Assembly (NCBI RefSeq): GCF_964213995.1 | Contig: NC_135811.1 | Span: 77,190,001-77,254,000, forward strand | Reading direction: 5' to 3' | Length of the DNA stretch: 64,000 bases | DNA from: Mustelus asterias | Taxonomy: Eukaryota | Part shown: positions 12,738 through 26,090 of the stretch, piece after piece | How positions within the stretch are numbered: the stretch's first letter is position 1 | Layout: every line of letters starts with the position of its first letter | The notes under the pieces: generated by a model | What the model saw: only the letters and a program-made list of their open reading frames with translations | Told to the model about the DNA's origin: nothing | Database searches by the model: none | Program-made: the position numbers and the translations under genes

Positions 12738-13450
12738 GTGTCAGCAATGGCTCAGATGTCTCTTAGATGTCACTCAGTCTAACCTTTACATTCAAGGACC
12801 ACTTGAGCACAAACGCACTTTCGTGTAGCAGTGAGGGAGCACTCCGCTATTGCAGGGTGCAGTCTTTCAGACAAGGGCTGGAATTTTCTGGTCATTCACG
12901 CTGGTGGGATCTTCCAATTTCCCTGGCAGCAAGGGGTGCATTCGTTGGGACAATCGTGCAACCAGAAGATCCCACTGCTGGCCAATGGCAGGCCACCTTT
13001 TGTGATGGGCTGGGTGGAAAATCCTGCCCAAGATGTTTAACCAAGGCCCCAACTGCCCACGCAGGTAAATATACCACTATTTCATAGAAGAGCAGAATTT
13101 GAGCACAAAAACCAAGGTTGGTGCTCCAGTGCAGTACTGAGAGAGCTTATAAGTGCCATTAAGGCCCCATCTGCCTGTTAGATGTAAACAATCCCATGGC
13201 ACTATTTCAATGAAGGACACGGGAGTTACCCCTGGTGTCCTGCCCAATATTTATCCCTCAATCATCATTATAAAAAAACAGATTATCTGGCCATTTATCA
13301 CATTGCTGTTTGTGGGATCTTGCTGTGTGCAAATTTGCTGCAGCATTTCCTACATCACAATACTGACTACACTTTTAAAGTATTTAATTGGTTGTCAAAT
13401 GCTTGGAGACATCCAGTGGTTGTGAAAAGCACCATATAAATGTAAGTCTT
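12738..13450 (+). mobile_element. Deu-domain SINE (SacSINE1/AmnSINE-like), interrupted by a short MITE
   Basis: Deu motif atcccatggcactatt...cctggtgtcctgcccaatatttatccctcaa and tail ending atataaatgtaagtctt. Confidence 0.75.
12876..13029. mobile_element. Short TIR MITE (gggcgggattttcc family)
   Basis: TIRs gggctggaattttc / gaaaatcctgccc. Relatives at about 8329-8462, 18243-18372, 23249-23383, 28035-28215, 40156-40291 and 56879-57006. Confidence 0.7.
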
Positions 13451-13654
13451 ACTTTAACACAAGGCCCCAAAATCTTAATGCCTACAGTAGCAGGGGAACC
13501 TGCTCTCTACTGATATTTATCGCTTATCTCAGTGATTTTGCGTTAACACGTGTTGGCAGCGCAGTTGTATAAAATTTGTCCTTGTGAGGTCCACAGTCCC
13601 AAAGCTGGAAGCATTGGCTGGAATAGCAATGAGCCACACGATAGTGGCCATGTC

Positions 13655-13925
13655 AAACCGTTCCATTTCAACTGAGATGAGGAGAAATGTCTTCACTCAG
13701 AGGGTGGTGAACCTATGGAATTCTCTACCATAGAAGGCTGTGGACATCGAGTCACTGAATGTATTTAAGAAGGAAATAGATAGATTTCTAGACTCTAAAG
13801 GTGTCAAGGAATATTGGGAGAATGCTGGAGTAATATGATGAGAGAGAGGATCAGCCATGATCATGTTGAATGGCAGAGCAGGCTCAAAGGGCTGAATGGC
13901 CTACTCCAGCTCCTAGTTTCTATGT
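13655..13925 (+). mobile_element. CR1 LINE 3' end
   Basis: EMRRNVFTQRVVNLWNSLP coding remnant plus 3' UTR. Confidence 0.85.
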
Positions 13926-14344
13926 TGAGTAGGCTTATTACCCCACTCTTGTTTACTGGTCTAAAGGTTTCAGACAGATTTATTCATTCCAATGTGGCCA
14001 TTCACCATCAGAGACTCGTGTTATGGGAGTAAACAGTCCAAAACCAACAACAGAAGCAACGTTGCACTTTGGTTCAGCAGCACTGTTTGCATTTGAACCA
14101 CAAGGATCTTCATTAACTCACTGGATAGTTTATATTGAGGTGCTGTCCAGCATTCTAATACTCACATGCAGCTATGCTTTCTGGTGTATAAATGTAAGGA
14201 TTCAACCCTGGGCAGTCCGGGATATTGGCTATGTATCCATGTGTCCTGGTCAAATCAAATCAAATCAACGATGGGTAAAGATGGGATCAATGCCATTTAA
14301 ATTCTCAAGTGTGGAGGACCATGAAAAATCTGATTTACTCCTTT

Positions 14345-14685
14345 TATTCATTTATGGGACACGGGTGTCGCTGGCTGACCAGCATTTATTGCCCATCCCT
14401 AGTAGCTCTTGAAGGGTAATTGAGAATCAACCAAATTGCTGAGGCTCTCGAGTTAAGCCAGACCAGGTAAGGATGGCAGATTTCCTTCCCTAAAGGACAT
14501 TAATGAACCAGATGGATTTTTCCAACAATCAACAATGGTTTCATGCTCATCAGTAGATTCTTAATTCCAAATATTTTTTATTGAACTCAAGTTCTACCAC
14601 CTGCTGTGGTGGGATTCGAACCCAGGTCCCCAGAGTTTCTGGATTAATAGTCGAGCGATAATACCACTAGGCCATCACCTCCCTT
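14345..14685 (-). mobile_element. SINE family C
   Basis: The minus strand has A box tggcctagtgg and B box ggttcgaatcc; the core is shared with 38290-38643. Confidence 0.85.
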
Positions 14686-15027
14686 CTAGGCAGGTCAGTT
14701 GTCCCCAGATGTCTGATTGACTCTGTCGGTGACCCAAAGGTAACCACAGTGAAACAGGGGAGTTGACTTGGAACGGCCACCTGTTGGAATCATGGAAATC
14801 TAGTGAGCTATAACGGTCTTGTTGTTCTCATACACTGCTCCGTCCGCATCACCACCATCACCAAGTAAAGGATTTGCATTTGCTTAGCAAACAGCCACAT
14901 TAAAGAAACACTGACAAGTTTAATGATTGATAACTCACTCTGAAGTGGTTATCGCACAGGTAAGAGCAACAACCAGATCCCATAAACAGCAATGGGGTAA
15001 ATGAGCAATTAAGAAAGTGGGTTAAAT

Positions 15028-15850
15028 CCATAAGACCATGAGACCATTAGACATGGGAACAGAATAGGCCACTCGGCCCATCAAGTCTACTCTGCCATTC
15101 AAGGAGATCATGACTTATGTCATATGATACTCCTCAACTCTACTTTCCTGCCTTATCCCATCAGCCTTGATTCCCTTACCAATTAACAATCTGTCTATCT
15201 CATCCTTGAACATACTTAATGACTCAGCCTTTACGACCGTCTACGGTAAAGAATTCCACAGATTCACTATCCCCTGAGAGAAGAAATTCCTCCTCATCTC
15301 TGTCTTAAATGCGCGACCCCCTTACTCTGAGATTATGCTCTCTGGTCCTAGATTCTCCCACAAGGGGAAACAACCTCTCAGCATCTACCCTATCAAGGCC
15401 CCTGAGAATGATGACCATGAAACCATTGTCGATTGTCAGAAAAACCCATCTGGTTCACTAATATCCTTTAGGGAAGGAAATCTGCTGTCCTTACCTGGTC
15501 TGGCCTACATGTGACTCCAGAGCCACAGCAATGTGGTTGACTGTCAACTGCCCTCTGAAATGGCCTAGCCAGCCACTCAGGTCAAGGGCAATTAGGGATG
15601 GGCAACAAATGCTAGCCCAGCCAGCAACGCCCACATCCCATGAATGAAATAAGAGAAAACATCCTATATGTCTCAATAATGTCACTTCTCATTCTTCTAA
15701 ATTCCACTCAGTGCAGGCCCAATCTACTCTACCTCTCCTCATAAGAAAATCCTTCCATACCTGGGATCAACCTAGTGAACTTTCAGTGGATTGCCTCCAA
15801 TGTCAGTATATCTTTCCCTCGATATGGGGACCCAAAACTGTTCACAGTCA
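15028..15850 (-). mobile_element. CR1 LINE 3' fragment interrupted by SINE family C (15408-15650, plus)
   Basis: gagaagaaattcctcctcatctc (EMRRNFFS) and other CR1 C-terminal motifs. Confidence 0.8.
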
Positions 15851-16009
15851 CTGTGAGAATAGCTCAATCTTGTTCGACTGATACCATGGGATTTTTAACA
15901 TTCACCTGAACCATAAAACAGGTTGACAGGGACTAAAGGTGGATTATTTGGTCATTATTTCATTGCTGGTTGTGGGATCTTGCTGGACACATTTTGGCTA
16001 TTGGTGTTT

Positions 16010-16965
16010 CATACAAATATACAAGTTAGGAGCAGAATTGGGCCAATCAACCCCTTGAGCCTGCTCTACCATTCGGTAAGACCATGGCTGGCCCGATTGT
16101 AACCACATTCCTGCTTATCCCCAATAATCTTTCACGCCTAGTTAATCAAGAATCTATCTCACTCAGCCTTCAGCGACCCTGCTCGACAGACTTTTGAGGA
16201 GGAGCATTCCAGAGACTCGCCACCCTTTGTGAGAAAAAAATCCTCCTCAAACATGTCTTCAATGAGCCACCCCTTATTTTAAACTGTGATCCCGAGTTCT
16301 GGATTCTCCCACAAGAGGTAAAACATTCTCTCCACATTCACACTGTCAAGATCCCTCAGGGTCTTACATGTTTCAGTCAAGCCGCCTCTTACTCCTCTAA
16401 ACTCCAAAGGATACAAGCCTAACCTCTCCACCCTTTCCTCATAAGATAGCCCACCCATTCCTGGTATTCGTCCAGCAATCCTTCTCTGGACTGCTTCTAT
16501 CGCATTTACATCTTTCCTTAAATAAGGAGACCAATGCCGGACACAGTACTCCATTTTCCTGTAAAGCTGAAGCTCATCTTCCCTGCTGTTGTAATCGATT
16601 CCTGCAGTGATTGTCCCTTTAAGGATCAATCTGCAAAGTAAGTGTCAAATGACCAGGGAACCATTCGGGGAGCATGGTGGGGGAATCACCCTGATAAGCG
16701 CTGGCTTCTGTGCTCAGAGACATCGCAGGAGCTGATTGCAGCCACAAGGTTGTAAGCCTCTGTATGGTTTGAACCTGTGAATAAATGAGCTGCGTTTTCC
16801 TAAATTGGTGAACGAGCATTTTTTATAATTCCCCTCACAATAAACAAATAATTAATTTTCCTAATTATTTGCTGTACCTGCACATGAACCTTTTGTGATT
16901 CATGCACTCTGACGCCCAGATCCCTCTTCATTTCAGAACCCTGCCATCTCTCGCCATTTAGATAC
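16010..16965 (-). mobile_element. CR1 LINE fragment interrupted by a solo LTR
   Basis: ORFs 16279-16629 and 16800-17039 carry EYCV..WSPYLRKD and RDLGV.VHES motifs. Confidence 0.85.
16603..16827 (+). mobile_element. Solo LTR (Gypsy-type)
   Basis: 5-bp TSD attcc (16598-16602 and 16828-16832). Starts tgcagtgattgtccctttaagg, like the LTR at 43000-43238 read on the minus strand. Contains AATAAA. Confidence 0.65.
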
Positions 16966-17134
16966 AATTGTGAAACCACTTTAAAATGACTTACTTGTCT
17001 GTAAAGCACATCGAGACACCCTGAGGACACAGGCCCCATTTAAATTCAAGTTCTTTCTTTCATTTGCTCTTTCTGAAGGAATCTATACTTTTAATTAAGC
17101 AGCAGAGAGAGTTTAAATTTCAGAGGTAAAATCA

Positions 17135-17437
17135 AATTTATGTATTAGTGTCACAAGTAGGCTTACATTAACACCGCAATGAAGGTACAGTGAAAATCCC
17201 CAAGTCGCCACACTCTGGCGCCTGTTCGGGTACACAGAGAGAATTTAGCACGGCCAATCCATCCAACCAGCACATTTTTCAGGCTGTGGGAGGAAACCAG
17301 AGCATCCAGAGGAAACCCACACAGACTCAAGGAGAACGTGCAGACTTCACACAGACAGTGACCCAAGCTGGGAATCGAACCCGGGTCCCTGGCTCTGTGA
17401 GACAGCAGTGCTAACCACTGTGCTACCATGCCACCCC
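17135..17437 (-). mobile_element. Type B SINE (HE1 head, Rex1-like tail)
   Basis: HE1 head and V-domain joined to tail ...gcctacttgtgacactaata. Confidence 0.85.
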
Positions 17438-17844
17438 AACTAGCAATTGTATGAATTCTAAAATGCTGGAATGGCGATTGCTGGAGTATGAACACAGATA
17501 TGTTAATCTGTGAGATTACGAGATTTGACTTGCAAACTATACTGTCAGTTGGCTCCTCAAAAAACAATGATAAATTTTTATGAGTTACGTCACACCTCAA
17601 AAACAAACACGCTTTGTTCGGAAATGAGATAAACGTAGCTTCCTCCCACTCTTCAATTATTTATTTTCACAACCCAGAATCAGGAAACATAACACCTACT
17701 TCTGACCAGAAACTGCCTGACAATCTTCCTCTGTTGCTTCATCATAAAAGCATTGGCAGCTAATGGGAAACAAGCATTCAACTCAATATTTTTACATGAA
17801 GTATTCTAACAAATTATCAACCAAAATATTACTTTTTAAAATTT

Positions 17845-18460
17845 CAGTGGGTGTGGACATCGCTGGCTGGGGCAATATTTATTGCCCATTCCTAATTGCC
17901 CTTGAACTGAACCACTTGCTAGGCCAATTGAGGACATTGTAAGAGTAAACCACATTGCTGTGGGTCTGGAGTCACATGTAGGCTCACTCGCGTAAGAAGG
18001 TAGATTTCCTTTCCCAAAGGACATTAGTGAACATGATGGGTTTCTATGACAACCAGCAACGGTTTCATGATCATCAATAGTTTCTTAATTCCAGACTTCT
18101 ATTGAATTCAAATTTCACCATTTGCCGTGGTGGGATTCAAATCCAGGTCCCCACCGGAGTATTACAAAAACAGAAAATGCTGCAAAATTTCAGTAGATCT
18201 GACAGCATCTGTGGAGAGAGAATAGAGCCAACATTTCATATCAGGCTCCGGAATTTTCCTGTCCCGCCCACCACAGGAATTGTAGCAGGCAGGACACGGA
18301 CCATGCAAAGGTCCGTTGACCTCGGGTGGGATTTTCTGGCCTTGGGGGGAGCGTGGCTGGAAAATCTCACCCAAGATGTTTCAAATCCCTGCAGCTGCAG
18401 TAATTTGTCTTAATCCCCAGAGCATTACTCTGTGTCGCTAGATTACCAGTCCAGAGAACC
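17845..18460 (-). mobile_element. SINE family C interrupted by a Penelope fragment and a MITE
   Basis: SINE C sequence breaks at about 18155 and resumes at about 18415. Confidence 0.7.
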
Positions 18461-18567
18461 ACTTACCATTATTGTACTCAAAACAAATTGACCTGTGGTT
18501 ACCCAATGCACAGGTTACAGATGTTTGCCATTTTTGAGCATTCAGGAGCTAGCACACATCACAGATC

Positions 18568-18966
18568 ATAGAGGTTTACAGCATGGAAACAGGCCCTTCA
18601 GCCCAACTTGTCCATGCCGCCCCTTTTTTTAACCACTAAGCTAGTCCCAATTGCTTGCATTTGGCCCACATCCCTCTATACCAATCTTACCCATTTAACT
18701 GTCTAAAGGCATTTTAAAAGACAAAATTGTACCCGCCTCGACTACTACCTCTGGCAGCTTGTTCCAGACACTCACCACCCTCTGTATGAAAAAACTGCCC
18801 CTCTGAGCCTTTTTGTATCGCTCCCCTTCACCTTAAACCTATGCCCTCTAGTTTTAGACTCCTCTACCTTTGGGAGAAGATATTGACTTATCTATGCCCC
18901 TCATTATTTTATAGACCTCTATAAGATCACCCCTAAGTCTCCTACGCTCCAGAGAAAGAAGTCCCA
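18568..18966 (-). mobile_element. CR1 (HER1-like) 3' fragment
   Basis: Close match to 877-1290. Confidence 0.9.
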
Positions 18967-19424
18967 TAGAGTTCTCTGACATAAAGATGGGAATTTAACC
19001 TTTGATCCACTGAGGAGGTCTAGCAGAGCTCAGGGACCCCAGAAGACTGTGTTCGATTTCATCAACAGGTCCCCTCCTAGGGAGAGCCTCATTGATAGGC
19101 TTGGCTTTCAATCAGGTAGAAACACTGCAGACTCGATGGCCCCTGCCTAAAACTTAACAAAACAGCTGGGACAAAATCCCGGAGAACTGAGGCAAGCCTC
19201 CCTTGGTACCTTTCTTGGTCACTAGGTCTCGGAGTGACTTGAACCAGGAGCTCCTGGCGCAGAGGCAGGGTCACTATCACTGTGCCACAGGACCTCGTCA
19301 CAGCAAATACTACAGTGAAAAACAATTCTCATTCATGAAAGTCCATTCAAAACATTTAAATCCCCTCAAGTGCTTAATCCCTTTACCAAATAGATTGAAA
19401 GGCCTCTTTATCTTCTTAATAATG

Positions 19425-19790
19425 AAAGAAGCCTTACATTTATATAGTGTCTCTCACAACAACTGAATGGCTCAATGTGCTTTATAGCCGCTGCAATACT
19501 TTTCAACTGTAGCTGTTATTGTAATTTGGAAATGCATCTGCCAATTTATACACAGCAGGCTCCCAGAAATGATAATAACCAGATCATCTGCTTTTGTGCT
19601 GTTGATTGAGGAATAAATATTGACCAGATCACTGGGAAAAACTACCCTGTTCCTCTTCCAAATCATGGCATGAGATCTTTTACAACTAGCAGTCAGATAG
19701 GGCCTTGGTTTAACATCACACCTTAAAGGCAGCACTCCCTCAGTTCAGCACTGGAGCATCTGCTTTGGTTTTTGTGCTCAAGTCCTGGGA
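19425..19790 (-). mobile_element. Deu-domain SINE
   Basis: Reverse complement of the 13100-13450 pattern. Confidence 0.65.
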
Positions 19791-19926
19791 CAGGGTTATT
19801 TGTGTTTCTCGCAAGACCTTGACTAGGATGTTCCATCATAACAATGTCACAAGCATCCCTATTCCCACCCCAATGTCTACACATGTACACTTTTCAGGAC
19901 AAACAATGGAGGAGAGTAACTCTCTT

Positions 19927-20227
19927 CATAGAATCCCTACAGTATAGAAGGAGGCCATTTGGCCCATCAAGACTACACTGATTCTCTGACAAAGCATGTT
20001 ACCTAGGTCCCTTCCCCCACCCTGTCCCCGTAGCCCCATGCATTTACCGTAGCTAATCCACCTAACCTACTCATCTTTGGACTGTGGGAGAAAACCAGAG
20101 CACCCGGAAGAAACCCAAGCAGATGCAGGGAGAAAGAGCAAACTCCACACAGTCACCCAAAGCCATAATTGAACCCAGGTCTCTGGCGCTGTTAGGCAGC
20201 TGTGCTAACTGTGCCACCGTGCCACCC
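19927..20227 (-). mobile_element. HE1-type SINE (type A)
   Basis: Head, V-domain and tail present. Confidence 0.85.
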
Positions 20228-20877
20228 TCAAAGGTAATTGTGGAGCTCCAACATTTACGCTGGCACAACTATGCTGTCAACCACACCTCGTATCTCCTGT
20301 TTGGTTTTGTATTTTGCAGTTTTTACTCACATCAAGAGATGTTACAGAGACATTTCCAAAGCTACTTCTGTAGGATTCTTGCACTTGTGTAACAAATAAT
20401 TTCTAAGATTATAATTGATATTCTAATAATTTCCATATTATGTTAGACAGCCTACCTGGAAGAGAGCTATTTCTTCCTTTCTCCATTTAGTAGCTGTCAC
20501 TAATTTAACTGTGCATTCAGGGCATGATAAATTTCACTGCAAGGATGTAAGCCCCAACAATCATGCTAGACCATGACATCAGGATGTAAGAGAGTACAAA
20601 ATGCCTCTCCAAATGTGTCTCATGTCATCAGTTGATGACACCCTGCCTTGGGCAACAGACTGGTATTAATGAAGACTAAAATAGCTTCAATTTGTATGCA
20701 ACAGGGAAATACACAATGGAACCTTCGTAAAGAACAAAAAAGCATCTAAAGATTTCCAAACCACAAAACCTGACGCAACAGAACACAGCATTCCCACTCC
20801 AAATCCATCATATTGGCACACTGCAGGTGGAGAGATCTGTTTTGTTATCAATTTCATATCCACTGCCATCATCCCAA

Positions 20878-21196
20878 GTTTAAGTTTATGTTTATCTATC
20901 AGTGTCACAAGTAGTCTTACATTAACACTGCAATAAAGTTAATGTGAAAATCCCCTAGTCGCCACATTCTGGCGCCTGTTCGGGTACACTGAGGGAGAAT
21001 TTAGCATGGCCAATGCACCTAACCAGCACGTCTTTCGGACTGTGGGAGGAAACCGGAGCACCCGCAGGAAACTCACACGGACACGGGGAAATGTGCAGAC
21101 TCCGCGCAGTGACCCCACTCGGGAATCAAACCCAGGTCCCTAGCGCTGTGAGGCATCAGTGCTAACCGCTGTGCCGCTGAACCACCATGCTGCCCC
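20878..21196 (-). mobile_element. Type B SINE
   Basis: Head plus Rex1-like tail. Confidence 0.88.
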
Positions 21197-22656
21197 AAGG
21201 GTTGGATGGGCAGTTGACTTAACAAGAGCACTGAAAGTTTGTGTGGAGTAAACAAGCTGTTTCAAACTATTAAAATGTTGGATATACACCAAGAAATAGT
21301 TAAAAAAAAACTTCAAGGCTAACCCTCTCTAGCTTCAGATAAAATAGCAGCTGAAGGAAACAAGAATGATTTCACTTCTTTAAAAAAAGGAAGAAATTAA
21401 GATATATTTAATCTTCTGCACATTGGGGCTGGTTCCTTTAAGGTGATGTTGTTGGTGCTGGGAATGTGAAACTTGCACTTCCTTATAATAATACCACATT
21501 ACGTTTATATAGTATCTTAAATGTAAAAAAATCACCAATGGGTAGATGAGAAGCAGCGCAAAATCAGAAGAAGGTTTCAAGGAGGTAACCAAGTGCATGG
21601 TTTTCAAATGAGACATTAAACTGGGAACTTATCTGCTCTCTGGTGGATGTGTAAAATCCCATGTTTGCTATTTGTTAGAAGAGCCAGATCCTGGACAACA
21701 TTTATCTTCAAACCTAGTCTTAAAAATGATGATCTGGCCATTAATGTCTTTGCTCTTTGCGGGATCTCGCTGTGTGCAAATGAGCTGCTATTAGCAGTGA
21801 TTAGACTTTGAAAGAAGCGCATTGGTTGCAAAGTGTCGTCCATGCAACTATTCATTCATGGAGTAAAGGTGTAGGCTTTGTGGGTTTTGAAGGTACAGGA
21901 TGACGCAGCACGCTAGAGAAATTTAGGAAGAGAATCCCAAAGCAGAGGGCCATTATAACAGAGGTGCTGGCATTGAAAGTACAGCCAGGAGATTGGGGAG
22001 TACATGACTCTGACCTAGAAGAGTTGAGTGCACCACCTGAGATATTGAGAAGACTGCAGATGTAAGATGGAAAATGCCCGCAAGCAAATCTGTAAATGGG
22101 AATGAGGGTTTTGACACAAACACATCGAGAATGGGGAGCCAGAGGAGCATTGAGGTGAGCTCAAATTTCCACACAATGCAACACAAGTGACAGAATCATT
22201 TATGGATGAGTTTGACGGCATCAATCTGAGGAGGCCAAGGGGAGGAACTTTGCAAAGACCGAACGAGGAAGTGACAAAGTGTGAAAGAGGGTATTTGAGC
22301 TTAGTTGATGCCAGGGGCAGACAACCTTTTAGTGGTGGAAATAGGCATCTTTGGACACTGAGATCCCCTCAAAGTTTATACACAATGTTAAACTTAGATG
22401 TTAGCATTTAGAATTGCTGCCTAATCTGGAAAATTCCCCAGTTTGAAAGATGCTTCCGATCAGAAGAGTACAGCTGAGAGTTCAGGCACTGTTTCCCGCT
22501 GTCAACTCTATCCTTAAAAATAAATGGTGGCATCCAAAGGGAAATAAAATGGCAACCCATGAAAAGATGAGTAAAAAAGCTGACATTGATCCAGCAAAAT
22601 AAACACAAGAAGATGGTCCAGTTGTGAGACTTGCATCAATGGCCTCTTGTGGGTAT

Positions 22657-22796
22657 CATGATGTGGAGATGCCGGCGTTGGACTGGGGTAAACACAGTAA
22701 GAAGTTTAACAACACCAGGTTAAAGTCCAACAGGTTTATTTGGTAGCAAAAGCCACACAAGCTTTCGGAGCTCCAAGCCCCTTCTTCAGGTGAGTC
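22657..22796 (-). mobile_element. Penelope-like element terminus
   Basis: Matches the 1634-1727 segment and extends into a hammerhead motif. Confidence 0.8.
22754..22793 (-). ncRNA. Minimal type I hammerhead ribozyme (Penelope-associated)
   Basis: Minus strand reads cac CTGAAGA a ggggc ttgga gctcc GAAA gctt gtg: core boxes, 5-bp stem II, palindromic loopless stem III (AAGCTT), stem I cac/gtg. Confidence 0.6.
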
Positions 22797-22802
22797 AGGT
22801 GA

Positions 22803-22955
22803 CGCATCTTTGGAGCGTGGGAGGAAACCAGAGCACCCGGAGGAAACCCACGCAGACATGGGGAGAAAGTGCAAACTCCACACAGACAGTGACCCGAGGC
22901 CAGAATTGAACCCGGGTCCCTGGCGCTGAGAGGCCACTGTGCCACCATGCCACCC
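22803..22955 (-). mobile_element. HE1-type SINE 5' half
   Basis: Head and V-domain. Confidence 0.85.
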
Positions 22956-24468
22956 CATGATCAATTAAGAAAATATTAAAGCTACCAAAACTCACTCGAT
23001 ACCTCAATACGCAAATTTAGTTTTTAACACTAAAATTAGTAAAAGGTGGAACCTATTACCTAAACTCATCAGAAACAAAATGTTGCTACATCCTGCCTGT
23101 ATTCAAACTGCTGTGATGAAATTCCTCTCTGCAAAATACTAAATAGACATTTTCATTGGACTGGAGTTGTGTTTCATTTCATTGTCATTGCCCTATGTTG
23201 GAATGGGTTTAGCACAAGCACCCTTTAAAAAGGATGATGAGAATTTCCGGCCTAAATTTTCCAGTCCTACCTACTGCGGGAATCGTCACAGGCAGGACGG
23301 AAAATCTGACAGATGAGCAAAAGGCCCTCTGACTTCGGGTGGGAATTTCCAGTGCTGTGGAAGGCGGGACCGGAAACTCCCACCAAAAGAGCCAGCCATT
23401 CAGCCCATCAAGCCTGTCCTCCTATTCAGTGAGGTTATGGTTCACCTGGATCTAAACTCCATCCACCTGCCTTGGCTCAGCGATTGAGACTGACCCGAAT
23501 TTACCTTGCATTGTAAAAATATATACGATTGCAAGTGGCCCCACAGGAATTCCTTTAGTGTGATAGCACGTTGATTAATCGCATCTCATTCATGAACAGA
23601 CAAGCTGCACAGACTGAAAAAGAAAATACCACTAGCTCTTAATTGGGCTAAAATATTTGCCCCAGGCTATGAAAGTAACCATCGTTTTACTTTGATACAT
23701 TTCGACCATTGCCCTGTGATATGGGACGAGCTTAGTAATAAAAACTGGGCGGTCTGGACAAGTTGGGCCAAAGGGCCTATTTCCATGCTGTACACCTCTA
23801 TGACTCTATGTTGCACAAAATGCAGTCCAAGATGGTTATCGTTGGAGCTTTGTTTGAATACAGCACAGTTCTGCATTACCTCACCACCTTTAGAACTGAA
23901 TTATTGCAACAGTTCAAATCATAGAAGTAAACAGCAACCAAAGGAGAGCAGCTGATCCAAGTCAGTTCCAGGTATTTACATAGTTGTTTCAATTGCTTCA
24001 TTGCTCCACTTGTTGCTGGTCCATGTTCCAGCCGCACCAACTGACAGCGCATCTCATCAGCTGTGAACGCCCTTGGCTCCTTAGTGTTCTCCTTCCCTTC
24101 CCATCGAGCTCCGTCACTCAGCCTAATCCCAATGAATGATATAACAAATGGAGATCCACTTCCCCTCCGAGTGATTCACTTGATGCGTGCATGACTCAAC
24201 AACAATAACTTGCAGAGAAATATTGTTTTTTAGTGAAACATTCCAAGGCGCTTCGGGTTACCAAATGGAAATGTCACACTGAGCCACACATGGAGATTTC
24301 AGACAGATACCCAGAAGCTCGGCCAAAGAGGTAAGTCATAGAAACTTTCAAAACTTGCAAAGTTCTTCAGGGACTCAACAGGATGAATGCCAAGAGGGTG
24401 TTTCTCCTGGTTGTGCTGGAGGTGGGGCGTTGGGGGGGGTGGGGTTTGGTAGGCAAAACCGGGGACGC

Positions 24469-25822
24469 AGGCAACGATTCTCCAACCACGCCGTGCCATT
24501 AAGTTTAAGTTTACAAGTTTATTTATTCGTGTCACAAGTAGGCTTATATTAACACTAATTAAATTACTGTGAAAATCAAAGAATTGAATCCCTACAGTGC
24601 AGAAGGAGGTAATTTGGCATGTCAAGTCCAATCCCACACAGGCCCTCTTCCTGTAATGCCATATATTTACTCTGCCAATCCCCCTGACACCAGAATCAAT
24701 TTAACATGGCCAATCAACCTAACCTGCATATTTTTTGAAGTGTGGGAGGAAACTGGAGCATCCGGAGGAAACCCATGCAGACACGGGGAGAATGTGCAAA
24801 CTCCACACAGACAGTGACCCGAGGCTGGAATTTAACCCGGGTCCCTGACACTGTGAGGCAGCAGTGCTAACCACTGTGCCACTGTGCCACGCCAGTCCTG
24901 GAGAATAGTGTGTGGGCCTAAAAGTCATTTTGCACCTGGCACCAAATAGTTTCGAGTATCCTGGCCCCATCCTAATGGTACGAACCGGTTCATGCCCAGA
25001 AAGGACGTGAGGCCGATTGGCATATCTGAAGTAGTATTTAAATATGTAGAGCCCATTTGAATCCCAGCACACAGAATTTGCCAGCCTTCAGGCGTGGCGC
25101 GATAACAGCAAGAATCACTACTGGTCTCCACGAGCGAAGACCAGTCAAGATGGTCATACTGGGGGAGCTAGGAGGCCACTGAAGCCGGTGAGTGGTTGGG
25201 GGCATGGCCGGGTGGTGCCCATCACGCAGTGTCCACCTGGCGGGGTCGCCTGGGACACTGTCACTGCCCGGCAATGGCCAGAGGACAGCCCAGCACTGCC
25301 AAGTTGGGCACCACCAGTATGCTAGAGGCAGTGCCCAGGGAGTGGGGCCTAAGTGGAGGTGGGCCCTGAGTGGAGACTATGACAGAGGCGGGGGGGAGGG
25401 GGGGGGGCTATGGGGTGATGTTGGGGGACCCATCAGGAAGGTCCCATTGCCGGCGACCTGTGTCGGAAGGAGGTGGGGGGGGGGGAAATAGGGGGGGGAA
25501 TAGGGGGGAATGGGGGGGGGGGTGACATGCTGTCAATAGAAGGGTGGGGGAGGGCTGATATCCATGGGGTTAGAGAGAGGGTCTCCCAGTGTACCATGAG
25601 ATCAGGCCGCCCTTGCGGAACGGTGCCTGAGCACCCTGAAGCCAGGCTCACCAGCGTGTTTAGGCTGAGCCCACCCTAGTACTGGTACAAAGCTCCCAAA
25701 TCTCCAAAAAAAGTGACTGAGTGTGGGAGGATTGCGGTGCAGCGTGCACCCGAGGGACCGGCGTGGATCACTCCATTATTCTCGCCGTCATGAGACTTGT
25801 CATTTTTGGGGGAATTTTCCCC
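24469..25822. mobile_element. Long GC-rich non-autonomous TIR element with nested SINE (about 24498-24890, minus)
   Basis: Internal similarity to 47368-48486; degenerate ends gattctcc / ggggaattttccc. Confidence 0.5.
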
Positions 25823-25834
25823 ACAATCTCTGAA

Positions 25835-26090
25835 TAAAGGTCATTTAGAACAGAAATGAGGCAGAATATCTCCACTCCGAACTTAGCGAATCTTTGGAAT
25901 TCTCTATCCCAGAGGGCTCAGAATGTTCAAGAAAAAGATCAATAGATTCCTAGCTCGATACCAATGACATTAAGGGCTATGGGGATAGCTTGGGGAAATG
26001 GCAATGTGGTAAGTGATCAGCCATGATCCTACTGAATGATGGAGCAGGCTCGAGGGGCCAAATGGTCTACTCCTGCTCCTATGTTCCTCT
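25835..26090 (+). mobile_element. CR1 LINE 3' end
   Basis: TEMRQN...NLWNSL remnant and 3' UTR ggctcgaggggccaaatggtctactcctgctcctatgttcct. Confidence 0.8.
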
